A stretch of DNA of 64,000 bases from a virus. The notes below the pieces were generated by a model. The model was not told the origin of the DNA. It saw nothing but the letters and a program-made list of their open reading frames with translations, and ran no database searches. The stretch lies in IMG/VR virus record IMGVR_UViG_3300031419_000012; one strand, 5' to 3'. Position numbers and translations under genes: made by a program. Each line of letters opens with the position of its first letter. Position 1 is the first letter of the stretch. Below are positions 1 through 8,858 of the stretch, piece after piece.

Positions 1-374
1 GCTTCACGCTTGATGCGCTTAATGGCGCGCTGTACGTCTACGTCCAGCAGCAGCTGCGGCAGGCCGCACTGCTTGCACAGCATGTTCATCATGGCGTAGT
101 GCTTTTCGATGGTGCTCGATGCGAGCCCGCTTTCCGACATAGAAAGAAAGTAAATGCGGGCCAGCTCCGGATCGATTGGCAGATACGTCAGGCCGCGCGC
201 GTTACACCACTTCGCCCAGCGGCGGATCACCGAAAGCAGGTCGCGGAAAGTGTTCTCTGAATACGCGCCTTTATCGGCAATAAAGCGGCGCAGGTTATTA
301 GCAACGTCCTGTGGCGTTAATGTGGTTAATTCCGCCGGAATAACGCTGCTTTTAATTTCCGCTAAATGTTTCAT
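1..374 (-). CDS. cre: Cre/Dre-family tyrosine recombinase, N-terminal part (runs off window edge)
   Basis: Manual translation from ATG 374 (RBS GAGGG): MKHLAEIKSSVIPAELTTLTPQDVANNLRRFIADKGAYSENTFRDLLSVIRRWAKWCNARGLTYLPIDPELARIYF...GLASSTIEKHYAMMNML. This aligns with recalled Cre (AFSEHTWKMLLSVCRSWAAWC...GLAVKTIQQHLGQLNML). Position next to c1 as in P1. Confidence 0.9.
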   Translation of the reverse strand, partial: MKHLAEIKSSVIPAELTTLTPQDVANNLRRFIADKGAYSENTFRDLLSVIRRWAKWCNARGLTYLPIDPELARIYFLSMSESGLASSTIEKHYAMMNMLCKQCGLPQLLLDVDVQRAIKRIKRE

Positions 375-575
375 CTATATATTTCCCTCAAAAACAGCAT
401 GACGTCGCTACGCAAAATCTATCAAAACAGCAGGGGGGTCGCACGCCAGATTTCACGTAGCGACGCCTGGCGATGGCGCGCTGCCGAAAAGCACATAATC
501 TGTACAATCAGATAAAATTTGTACAATCAGATCATCTGATCATCGAACTACTGATCAAGCATACATGAAAGCTAT

Positions 576-609
576 CAAACTTTATATAATAGTAATTATT
601 TAAAGTTCC
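576..609. other. lox/rox-like recombination site
   Basis: CAAACTTTATATA-ATAGTAAT-TATTTAAAGTTCC. Inner arms AACTTTATATAAT/ATTATTTAAAGTT around a 4-bp core. The right arm matches the recalled D6 rox arm; the site lies ~200 bp upstream of cre. Confidence 0.85.
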
Positions 610-992
610 AGTTATCGGCAAAAATCGCGCAATGTCTGGTCTGAGGGTAAACTAAATCGAAAGATTTTAGAAAAGACAGTGTTTTTCTACGTGATCGGTT
701 GCATGCCTTCATATATGATCATTTGGCATTCAATTTTGATTGCAGCTGGTAACTGTTACTGATTGTAACCTTTGGGTGATACATCGCGTTCGATGTAGCG
801 GTTCCGGCATAAACCCCGAGCTTATTAAATGACGTGTACAGCAGATATATCCGACAGTTAAAGATTACGGACTATTCTTATTATTGCAATTCTAAGGATT
901 TGCAATTTTACATACCTTTCTTTTCTGTCTATATTCGCGCTCATTAAGTCCAGAGAGACTGTTGGCTCATTACATTTTTTGGAATAACGATT

Positions 993-2072
993 ATGCCTAA
1001 CTTCAGCGACCTAGAATTTGAAAAGCGCTATAAACATTTTCTGCAGGTGCAGCAGGACTGGCTGACTCTCATTACGGACAACAAATTCTTTTCTGATACT
1101 AACGCCGTTGGTGAAGAATGCCGTCCGGCTGGCCTTCTTACTGACTCAGCACAGTTTCAGCATGCTCAGCACCTGCTGGCTGAATGGCAGAGTTTTGCCG
1201 AACTGGCAGAAGAAAAGCGTAAAGAGCGCAGTATCGCCATAACCACGAACCTTTATCTGCCGGTTCCTGTACTGCTGATTAACCCTGCATACGTTCAGAT
1301 TGACCGCTTCCGCGCCACGGCGACCGCTAACCATAAGCGTGAAGATATCCTGATGCGCTATGAAAAGCAGATCAGCAAACTCAAGAAGATTACCCACGCG
1401 TTTGGCGCAATCATGACGCTGGAAGATGAACGTAAATACTTTGAGGCCGCGCCGGTTGCTACTGTGTATCGCGCCCGTACCAGCACCTATACAGATATTC
1501 AGGTGAGCGTGCGTCATACTACAGATCAGCATGAGGTTGATAAGTTCCGCTACGGCGCACACGGTATGCTTATCATCGGTGACGATCTGGCGCTGGGGCG
1601 CAACGTCAAACTCAACGTGAGCGTGACGAACACCAAAAGCTCCCTGTATGACTTTATTCAGCCTGTCCCGTGCTCCGTTCTGCCGTCAGCACAGGTCTAT
1701 ACCCTTGATGATGTTGAACTGGGTAAGAAGATGGTTTCACAGCGTGCATCGGTTGCTTACGCCGTTAAACAGCGTCGCTACCAGTTTGATAAGCGCGCTA
1801 AGGAAAAGATGGCGCGGGCGAAAGACCCTGTTGAGGCGCGTGCTATCAGTCTGGAAATTGAAGCCGGACGCGAAGTGCTGGAACTGATGGACGCTCACGA
1901 TTATGAACTGCTCGACAGGAAATTAGCCGCCGGGGATGAATCACAGCTTACCATGCTGCAGATCCGCGAACGTTACGGCAATGAATCCGACCGTACCGGG
2001 AAAAATATCCGCAACATGCCGGATTTCCTCGCCAAACTGATTGCCAAAGAAGAGAAAAAGGGCAGTAAGTAA
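993..2072 (+). CDS. c1: C1-like primary repressor
   Basis: Segments NLYLPVPVLL and KSSLYDFIQPVPCSVLPSAQVYTLDDVELGKK resemble recalled P1 C1 (ILYPVPNIL; KFSLYDSIEPIICDRWPQAKIYRLADIENVKK). Convergent with pacB as in P1. Confidence 0.8.
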   Translation: MPNFSDLEFEKRYKHFLQVQQDWLTLITDNKFFSDTNAVGEECRPAGLLTDSAQFQHAQHLLAEWQSFAELAEEKRKERSIAITTNLYLPVPVLLINPAYVQIDRFRATATANHKREDILMRYEKQISKLKKITHAFGAIMTLEDERKYFEAAPVATVYRARTSTYTDIQVSVRHTTDQHEVDKFRYGAHGMLIIGDDLALGRNVKLNVSVTNTKSSLYDFIQPVPCSVLPSAQVYTLDDVELGKKMVSQRASVAYAVKQRRYQFDKRAKEKMARAKDPVEARAISLEIEAGREVLELMDAHDYELLDRKLAAGDESQLTMLQIRERYGNESDRTGKNIRNMPDFLAKLIAKEEKKGSK

Positions 2073-2088
2073 GCGATACCGGTTAACG

Positions 2089-2114
2089 AAAAGGGCGCAA
2101 AAGCGCCCTTTTTT
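2089..2114. terminator. Bidirectional intrinsic terminator between c1 and pacB
   Basis: AAAAGGGCGC-AAAA-GCGCCCTTTT hairpin with A/T tracts on both sides between convergent genes. Confidence 0.8.
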
Positions 2115-2130
2115 ATTGCCTGGCTGGTGG

Positions 2131-3642
2131 TCACGCCAGCAGCGCGTCCAGCTCCTCCAGCTCTTTGAGTTTGCTCTCCGCAAAGTCTGCCATGCCCTCG
2201 TCAATCTCTGCCTCTGCCGGACGGTAGCTAATCAGGAAGATGAAGCAATACGTGTCCCAGCGGTCAGGCGATTTGATGTTGAGTTTCTGGCGCATCTGAG
2301 ACTTCGGCACCATCATGATCCGCCCCATTTCATCCATGTAATACGGTATCTTCGATCCCTGCTCAGCAGTATGCTGAGAGGCGTCTATGCGCATTCTGCC
2401 GGACCGGACAGCATCAGCGGCCATGATATTCGCCCAGGCGCGCTGGTTTTTGAAGCGTTCGCGTACCTTCTTACTGAATGGCGGTTGCCCCCAGCGGATA
2501 TTGACTGCATTCACACCCCGGCGCTCCAGCTGCTTGAGCGTGGCAGAGCCCACGCCATCACCATCGACGGCAATCGTGATCCCCGGATAGCGCTCCTGCG
2601 TACACTCGTTAGCGATGAAGTCACCGAAGGATATCGGGTCCATCGTGCCAGGCATTTCCACCAGCTTAAACGACACCACGCGCCGCGCATCGCCATGCCC
2701 GGACACCCTGCAGATGTTGAGTATCGACTTATCGCGCCCGTTACCGACGTCAGCGGTAGCCACCCAGCCCCAGCCTTTCTCCAGGTACACTTTGCGCCGC
2801 GCTGCGCGATCGCACTCGTCACGCCCCAGCAGGTAGCCGCTGATGTTGCGCGGGAAGCGCCCCAGCACCTTCACCATGTATTCCAGCGAGTCGCGCCCGC
2901 CGTACTCCAGCAGCTTTTCCCTGATGAATTTCAGGGTAACGTGCGGCGCTTCCTCTGAGTTGAGCACAATGGCATTCCAGATCCCGTCCGGGTTATCCGG
3001 GTTGCGCGCTAACGAATGGTGCGAGTCATAGAAATAGCCGCTTGGACGCGTGGGCTGCGACATCATCAGCATGCGATTATCGGTCTCTGTCAGTGCTCCA
3101 CGCATGATAGCGATCGCTTTATCAGAGATACCCGACGCTTCATCCAGAATCAGCAGGATATGTGCGGCGTGCTCACCCGCCAGCGCTTCCTCGTTACCTA
3201 GGCGGAACCCCTTACAGAGCACTTCCCATATCCCTTTACGCGACTTCTCATAAAACATGGTGTCCGTCAGGGTGAAGTAGTTCTGCAGCCAGGGATGGCG
3301 TTTAACGGCGTTAGCCCAGTAGGTTTTGACGTACTTGAATACGCCGGTTTTAACCTGCCCGATTTTGTTGGCCACAATGATTACGCGCGCGTCCGGGAAC
3401 ATAATCATGTAGATCAGCAGCATCATGGCCGTCAGGGATGATTTACCGGTACCGTGGCCGGACGTTACCGTAGTCTGGCTTCCGGTCTCCTGTACGGAGT
3501 TAAGTATCTCTTCCTGCTGCCAGGTAGGCAGCATGCCAAACAGCTCAACTACGGCGGTCGCCCAGTCATAGCGGTAGCGGATTACCATGTCACGCCAGCG
3601 CGGGTCCGTGGTGACGCTCCTGATACGTTTTTTGCCGCTCAT
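2131..3642 (-). CDS. pacB: Terminase large subunit
   Basis: Walker A SGHGTGKS, Walker B LILDEASG, nuclease motifs TADVGNGRD and KSPDRWD; 503 aa. Confidence 0.95.
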   Translation of the reverse strand: MSGKKRIRSVTTDPRWRDMVIRYRYDWATAVVELFGMLPTWQQEEILNSVQETGSQTTVTSGHGTGKSSLTAMMLLIYMIMFPDARVIIVANKIGQVKTGVFKYVKTYWANAVKRHPWLQNYFTLTDTMFYEKSRKGIWEVLCKGFRLGNEEALAGEHAAHILLILDEASGISDKAIAIMRGALTETDNRMLMMSQPTRPSGYFYDSHHSLARNPDNPDGIWNAIVLNSEEAPHVTLKFIREKLLEYGGRDSLEYMVKVLGRFPRNISGYLLGRDECDRAARRKVYLEKGWGWVATADVGNGRDKSILNICRVSGHGDARRVVSFKLVEMPGTMDPISFGDFIANECTQERYPGITIAVDGDGVGSATLKQLERRGVNAVNIRWGQPPFSKKVRERFKNQRAWANIMAADAVRSGRMRIDASQHTAEQGSKIPYYMDEMGRIMMVPKSQMRQKLNIKSPDRWDTYCFIFLISYRPAEAEIDEGMADFAESKLKELEELDALLA

Positions 3643-4952
3643 TCTTCGCCGTCCCTGTCCGTCATAACGGATAGCGGGTCGGTCATAACGGATTCATCGC
3701 CGGACATAACGGATATCTCCGGCGGGATATCGTCATCGTACAGGTCAGCCGTAGCCGCATAGTCAAAGTTGCCGCCCAGATTGGCCTCGCCTGCGGTTTC
3801 GCCGGCGCGCAGCTCTCCGTCCGCCTGGACGTCACCAAAGCCCCCCTTATCCACCAGCGCGGCAACCTCAGCGCGACGCGTCTCAACAAATGCGGCGCTG
3901 GTGGCCTGTTGCTGGCGGTACTCCCGCGCCTCCTTATCCAGCTGCGCATCGCTGACCTGACCGCTTTCATCTACCGGTGGCTCAGCGTTCTTCAGCTCGT
4001 TTTCGAGGCGTCTGGACAGTGACTCAGGCAGTTTGATGCCGTGGCGCTCGATGTACTCTGCCGTCTGCAGCAGATCCCAGTCCTCCTCCTCACGCAGCTG
4101 GTAGGCGCGGCTGATAACCTCGCCGGCGTTATGCGTCAGCGCATGCTTTTCATTGTCGCGCCGGTTCTTATCGGTACTGCCGGCGATCGCTGCCACCCGC
4201 GAGGCGTGGTCATTAACCAGATAGCCAACCTCGATCATCAGCTTGGTCATCTTCAGTATGGGGTGCGGTCCTCCGCCGTCGTCGTCATCGCCCTTCTTTT
4301 TGCCATTGGCCATGTTGTCGGCTTCGAGCTCGAACAGCTCTACCGCGCGCGCCGTGGTGCGCTTCAGCAAGTCCATATGCGCCAGCGAGTCAAACAGCAC
4401 CGTCATGGCGCTGGCTTCCAGCCCCTCGCCCAGCACCTCTAACGCCGCCTCATAATCCTGCGGACGCGGGTAGCCGCGCCGGTTTGCTACCAGCCTGGTC
4501 TCATGGCCTTCGTCAAAAGGTTTACCCTCGCCGCGGGGCTTTGGAGTGTGCTTCGGGCGCCCGTCACTTTGATCACCGCCATTTATGATCTTTTTGGCAT
4601 GTGAAGCATTGGGTTTTTTCTTCCCGCCATGCTGAGGCGCTGCGTCAGCGCGTGGTTCCAGCACCCCCTCCAAAGCCGCGCTGTGCCTGAGTTTGCGCCC
4701 GTTGCGGCGTATGGTGAGGTCGTCTTTTCTGGCGTGATCATTTTGATGATCAGAAGCGTGATCACCCGAATGATCATGATTGTGATCACCACTTTGATCA
4801 CTCATCGCGGCCAGCGCTTTGCCGTTCAGCTCCCGGCGCGCGGTGTTGAATGGCAGGCCATAGAACTCACAGTACTCTTTAACGGTTATCCCGTTCTCGG
4901 CCTTCTGCTCTATGAAAGCCCTTCTGTGGTCATCCCAGTTAACTTTGGACAT
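3639..4952 (-). CDS. pacA: Terminase small subunit
   Basis: N-terminal HTH (ITVKEYCEFYGLPFNTARR), directly upstream of and overlapping pacB; contains the TGATCA repeat cluster as in P1 pacA. Confidence 0.85.
   Translation of the reverse strand: MSKVNWDDHRRAFIEQKAENGITVKEYCEFYGLPFNTARRELNGKALAAMSDQSGDHNHDHSGDHASDHQNDHARKDDLTIRRNGRKLRHSAALEGVLEPRADAAPQHGGKKKPNASHAKKIINGGDQSDGRPKHTPKPRGEGKPFDEGHETRLVANRRGYPRPQDYEAALEVLGEGLEASAMTVLFDSLAHMDLLKRTTARAVELFELEADNMANGKKKGDDDDGGGPHPILKMTKLMIEVGYLVNDHASRVAAIAGSTDKNRRDNEKHALTHNAGEVISRAYQLREEEDWDLLQTAEYIERHGIKLPESLSRRLENELKNAEPPVDESGQVSDAQLDKEAREYRQQQATSAAFVETRRAEVAALVDKGGFGDVQADGELRAGETAGEANLGGNFDYAATADLYDDDIPPEISVMSGDESVMTDPLSVMTDRDGEE
4735..4800. repeat. 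Putative pac (packaging initiation) site: six TGATCA hexamers with exact 12-bp period
   Basis: TGATCA at 4735, 4747, 4759, 4771, 4783, 4795; further copies at 4570, 5011 and 5023. P1 pac consists of Dam-methylated TGATCA/G hexamers inside pacA. Confidence 0.8.
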
Positions 4953-4985
4953 GGTTTATCGTTTGAATGAGGCCAATAAACCGGG

Positions 4986-5006
4986 ATGGTAAGCAGTCTG
5001 TAATTT
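4986..5006 (-). promoter_or_regulatory. Late (Lpa-type) promoter of pacAB
   Basis: AAATTACAGAC-tgct-TACCAT; the same architecture occurs at six other late operons. Confidence 0.7.
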
Positions 5007-5052
5007 GCAGTGATCACAATAATGATCACTATGTCAGCAAACAGTTTTAGTT

Positions 5053-5114
5053 GTGCCTTTTTCTGAGCACATCCGTGCTTTTTTGAGTGTACAAGCGTGC
5101 TCTCTGTGGTAAAT
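5053..5114. promoter_or_regulatory. Candidate parC centromere/operator repeats
   Basis: GTGC at 5053, 5075 and 5097 (22-bp period). First two units are GTGC-N10-GCAC and GTGC-N10-GTAC, directly upstream of parM. Confidence 0.45.
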
Positions 5115-5158
5115 TCAATCCCGGACTTTCGACGCGAAATCAACCATTGGACAAATAA

Positions 5159-6286
5159 ATGACTAAGAAAAAAGCAGTTTTAGTAGCAGTGGATGCAGGC
5201 TCCGGTAACATTGCTCTGTCGTTCCTTGATGAAGCAACCGGGAAGATTAAAACCTCTGTGACTCCGGCGCTTGTGCATGAAGGCCACCAGCAGACGCTCG
5301 CTACTGAGTCGCAATCTTCATGGCATACAACTGACGCGCACGGCAAAGAGCGCACGTATACCGTTATGAATGCAGGCTATGACCTGTATGACACCTGTGA
5401 TCCTGATTATCAGGTTTCAGCTGCTCACCGTGTGCTGGTCAATGATGCGCTGGTTCGTGCTGGTCTCGGTGGCCGTGACATTATCCTCGGTGAAACGCTG
5501 CCGGTAAGTCAGTTCTACAGCGGGACAGGCACTATCAACGAAGCACGCATTAAGCAGAAAGCTGACAGCCTTAAAACGCGCGTTGAGAACGTTAACGACA
5601 GCATCAAAGCTGCAAATATCATTCACGTTGAAATCTATCCAGAGGCTGTCCCTGCCATCCTCACGGCGCAAACTGACCTGCCAGAGCTGGCAGACGCAGA
5701 AAAGACGCTGGTTATCGATTTAGGCCGCTTTACCTGTGATATCGCGCTGGTTGACTCCGACCTGATGCCTATCCGCAGAAGTGGCTTTGAGCACGGCGTG
5801 CAGACCATGATTAAGCGCGTGCACACCCTGCTGATTGAATTTGAAAAGACGCTGGATAAGTCGTTTAACGCTTCAGACCTGAGCCTGGACAGCGTTGATG
5901 CAATTATCCGTCAGGGTTATATCGGTTCTCGTCTGGAAAGAGCGAAAGACAAACGTATTAACGTTCTGCCGGTTATCGATCAGGCTGCAGCAGAACTGGC
6001 AGAAACCATCATGAAGGATGTGCGTGCGCTGCACCGTAATACCCATGATATCGATGTTGTGCTGGTTGTAGGTGGCGGTGCTAACTACATTGCAGGCAAA
6101 CTGCCAGGCCTCACAGATCACACTGCTGACTGGCATGATGTGGTTGTTGTGCCTGATAACCCTGAAATGGCAATCGTGCGTGGCGTTCACATGGCGCTGA
6201 CGGCTGCTGAAGAAGAGATCCGCGATGAAATCAGTGAAGCCGCTACCGTGAGCGATATTCGCAGCAGGACTGGCGATAAGGCGTAA
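5159..6286 (+). CDS. parM: ParM/StbA-family actin-like partition ATPase
   Basis: Actin-fold motifs VAVDAGSG, YPEAVPA, VIDLGRFTCD, LVVGGGA. Confidence 0.85.
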   Translation: MTKKKAVLVAVDAGSGNIALSFLDEATGKIKTSVTPALVHEGHQQTLATESQSSWHTTDAHGKERTYTVMNAGYDLYDTCDPDYQVSAAHRVLVNDALVRAGLGGRDIILGETLPVSQFYSGTGTINEARIKQKADSLKTRVENVNDSIKAANIIHVEIYPEAVPAILTAQTDLPELADAEKTLVIDLGRFTCDIALVDSDLMPIRRSGFEHGVQTMIKRVHTLLIEFEKTLDKSFNASDLSLDSVDAIIRQGYIGSRLERAKDKRINVLPVIDQAAAELAETIMKDVRALHRNTHDIDVVLVVGGGANYIAGKLPGLTDHTADWHDVVVVPDNPEMAIVRGVHMALTAAEEEIRDEISEAATVSDIRSRTGDKA

Positions 6287-6288
6287 CT

Positions 6289-6831
6289 ATGGGAAAAATA
6301 CTGCGAATTGCGAGCCTGGAAGAAAGCGGCATTTTAAACAGCCATTTCCAGAAGGAATATGACAAGCTGCCGTCTAATGCTACCCGACGCGCGTGTTTGC
6401 ATTCGGTAGTGCGTACAGGTCACGCTGCCGAACTCATGGGGCTTGCACCGATGATCGCCATGCTTGAGGCGAACTTAGGCCAGCGGTTCCTGAAAATGTC
6501 CAAAGAGGAGCGTCTGCAGCGTCTGCTGGCGCTTATCAGCGCGGTTACGGGTGAGAGTGTGCCAGCTGTATCTGCTGCAGCGGCTCCGGTTGCAGCGCCA
6601 GCCGTAGCAGAACCTGTAACGCCACCAGCTGAGCCAGCCCCGGTTGAGTCAGTACAGGTAGCGCCACCAGCTGAAAAACAGCGTGCTGAGCCAGTACCGC
6701 AAACCAGCGAGCGTCCTGTTGTGGTACGTGACGAAGAGTTGAATATCACAGAGAGGATTGATACCCCTCTGAAACAGGCTCCCCCGGCATTAAGCAAAGC
6801 CCGCAGGCTGCACCGCAGCGGTCAGAAGTAA
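6289..6831 (+). CDS. Putative ParR/StbB-like adaptor
   Basis: Starts 2 bp after the parM stop; folded N-terminal ~90 aa followed by a long Pro/Ala/Glu-rich tail. Function inferred from position. Confidence 0.6.
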   Translation: MGKILRIASLEESGILNSHFQKEYDKLPSNATRRACLHSVVRTGHAAELMGLAPMIAMLEANLGQRFLKMSKEERLQRLLALISAVTGESVPAVSAAAAPVAAPAVAEPVTPPAEPAPVESVQVAPPAEKQRAEPVPQTSERPVVVRDEELNITERIDTPLKQAPPALSKARRLHRSGQK

Positions 6832-6840
6832 GTAAATCAG

Positions 6841-6870
6841 GCACCCCGTTCACATGAGCGGGGTGTTTTC
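6841..6870 (+). terminator. Terminator between the par operon and lpa
   Basis: GCACCCCG...CGGGGTGT hairpin followed by TTTT. Confidence 0.55.
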
Positions 6871-7257
6871 CATTCTCCCCCGCATACACCTGTCCATCAG
6901 TTCCCTTGCCATTATGCATACAGAAAGATGCTCCCGTTCCTTTGACTGGCGGCGGCGTTTCGTTGCGCTGGCCACGATCAGCGAATCGTAGTCAATGTCC
7001 TGACGACCACGCGCTTTGAAAATATAACCATTCACGGCGTCCAGCCTGTATTTACGCGGATAAGCGTCAGGATGTACCTGACACTGCGCGAACGGAGAGC
7101 GGACAAAGGAGCGCAGGATATTAGAGACGATACCGTGGTTTACTTTCAGATGCGGGTATTCCGTTCCCACCAGCCGGGTGACTTCTGCAACCGTCATGTA
7201 GACGCGACGGCGCACTAACAGATCGGCTACCTCAATACTGCTTACCTTTTTGTCCAT
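6850..7257 (-). CDS. lpa: Late promoter activator
   Basis: VSSIEVAD...TVAEV...EYPHLKV...YPRKYRL...MARELM resembles recalled P1 Lpa. Start taken at ATG 7257 (RBS GGAG); located near pacA as in P1. Confidence 0.75.
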   Translation of the reverse strand: MDKKVSSIEVADLLVRRRVYMTVAEVTRLVGTEYPHLKVNHGIVSNILRSFVRSPFAQCQVHPDAYPRKYRLDAVNGYIFKARGRQDIDYDSLIVASATKRRRQSKEREHLSVCIMARELMDRCMRGRMENTPLM

Positions 7258-7609
7258 GTAGCGCTCCGGTTGGATTAAAAACACGCTATTCTAAGGTTTG
7301 TCTAATCCGTGCAAGGCAGAACGTCGTCAATTTTGGATTTTTTGACAGGGCTGGCGTGTTTTCAGGAGCAATCTGACCCGTATTTAAAGATACCTTTACT
7401 GGCTTGTGGTGCAGCATCACGGAATGGCTTTGGCTCTGCCTGGCCTCGCAACAGCAGGGTTAACGCCTTAATTAGTGCCATTGGTTGATATAATAAAGAC
7501 GCCGCTACACGCTGCTTTTGGAAAGTGCGTTTTAGAATTGTGGGCGTTTATGAAGGGTGTAGTACGCCGGATAGCGCTTAATATCCGGCATACAGTGGTC
7601 TGGCGGGTA

Positions 7610-8008
7610 TCAGCGATAGCTTTTCAAGAGGTGGCTGACCGTATTCGACCAGTTAGTTACGGTGTCACGGGCTAAGCGGTGCACAACCTGGCTGTAAATA
7701 TTAACCGGTAACGGTTCCCCGGCTTCATCCTCAAACACTAACCCTTCCGTCGTTCCTGCTTTACTCATATTCACGCTGTAATCAAACTTGCCTGTTGCCC
7801 CATACATGCCTACCTGCTGCTGAGCCTGCCATGTGAAGCGCACGCCACAACCTTTCCTGAGCTCAAACACAACGGTTCCTTCCACCAGCATGGCTGACTG
7901 CTTCTCACCTGTAGGCAATGACTTATTGCGGCACGACACCGATGTGACCTTGCAGTGATCTGCGCGCCAGCCCAGTAATTCCAGTCCTTTGAGCTTTACC
8001 GTTTCCAT
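7610..8008 (-). CDS. Hypothetical phage protein
   Basis: 132 aa ORF translationally coupled to the upstream gene; no recognised motif. Confidence 0.65.
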   Translation of the reverse strand: METVKLKGLELLGWRADHCKVTSVSCRNKSLPTGEKQSAMLVEGTVVFELRKGCGVRFTWQAQQQVGMYGATGKFDYSVNMSKAGTTEGLVFEDEAGEPLPVNIYSQVVHRLARDTVTNWSNTVSHLLKSYR

Positions 8009-8268
8009 TAAATCAGTCTCCAGTCGCTTGCCAGCAGGTCAGCGGTTACGGGTGTCCAGTCAGCCGTAGTCAGCTGCTCGGTATTAGTCAGTACAAACTG
8101 CGGCATACGCGTGACGGATGCCTGCGGATCGTGGTCAAAAAATCGCGCCGGCACGCCGTACATATCGGTGCCGTTCAGTGGGTGGCGTGTGGTGCCTCTG
8201 TTAAGGCGCAGATGCATACTCTCCCCATGCTTTACGCGCCACTTTAGCGCCGTCAGAGAGCCACACAT
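8008..8268 (-). CDS. Small protein with DUF2829/Tad2-like C-terminal motif
   Basis: Ends WTPVTADLLASDWRLI (W-x-P-x3-D-L-L-A-x-D-W). Start uncertain (8268 or 8217). Confidence 0.55.
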   Translation of the reverse strand: MCGSLTALKWRVKHGESMHLRLNRGTTRHPLNGTDMYGVPARFFDHDPQASVTRMPQFVLTNTEQLTTADWTPVTADLLASDWRLI

Positions 8269-8584
8269 GCGCCACGGCCATAGGTGCGCCCTCTTCTCTG
8301 AACCTCAGCATGCCTTCATCAATCAGCTGCTCGCTGCGCAGGATCAAATCGTTGAGTTTGAGCATGGCCAGACAGGTAGCGTGATTAAGCGACTCCCCGC
8401 GGGCGGTCATCGTCAGTGCGCCTTTGCTTACCGTGGCGGACCAGTCTGCAGTCATCTGTGACTGCTCCGTGACGACAAAGCCCAGGTACTCGAGAACGTT
8501 CAGCAGCGCCATGTAGTCGCCGGTATAGTTACCCTTTGCACCGGCAATCATGGCAATCGTCTCGTTTATTTGTTGATCGTTCAT
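8201..8584 (-). CDS. Hypothetical phage protein, possibly phage ABA-sandwich fold
   Basis: 127 aa in operon; WSATVS...ARGESLNHATCLAMLK pattern recalls ABA-sandwich domains (weak). Confidence 0.6.
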   Translation of the reverse strand: MNDQQINETIAMIAGAKGNYTGDYMALLNVLEYLGFVVTEQSQMTADWSATVSKGALTMTARGESLNHATCLAMLKLNDLILRSEQLIDEGMLRFREEGAPMAVAHVWLSDGAKVARKAWGEYASAP

Positions 8585-8589
8585 CGCTA

Positions 8590-8841
8590 TCAGTAACCCC
8601 GCTTTGTTTTGCGCTGGTGGGCGCTCTTTTTACGCTTCCGTATTGCCTGCCGTTTCCGTTCGCGCTGCTGCTGCGCTTCTTCTACGCTGGTGGCCAGCCG
8701 GTGTATTCCTTCCTCAACGGTCAGCTGCGGGCGCTCCGGCAGCTGCAGCGACCTGGCATGCAGCACGGGAACGGTTGGCGGCCGGCGTGCCAGCCAGGTG
8801 AGACTTCCCATTAATGCGCCCATCAGTGCGATCTTTTTCAT
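8590..8841 (-). CDS. Hypothetical protein with hydrophobic N-terminus and basic tail
   Basis: 83 aa, RBS AGAGAGAG, first gene after the RNA array. Confidence 0.55.
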   Translation of the reverse strand: MKKIALMGALMGSLTWLARRPPTVPVLHARSLQLPERPQLTVEEGIHRLATSVEEAQQQRERKRQAIRKRKKSAHQRKTKRGY

Positions 8842-8858
8842 GCTCTCTCTCTGTCGTG

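Noticed and set aside
154-402. 82-aa plus-strand ORF
   Set aside because: Antisense to the cre homologue, which the ORF track missed because it runs off the window.
885-910. Late-promoter-like AAATTGCAAAT-cct-TAGAAT on the minus strand near c1
   Set aside because: Two mismatches, a 3-bp spacer and no late gene downstream; better explained as the operator-like site.
2041-2958. 305-aa plus-strand ORF overlapping the c1 end and pacB
   Set aside because: Antisense to pacB and crosses the bidirectional terminator.
4735-4800. CRISPR-like or simple coding repeat
   Set aside because: The period is 12 bp with a 6-bp constant unit inside a gene; far too short for CRISPR and explained by a pac site.
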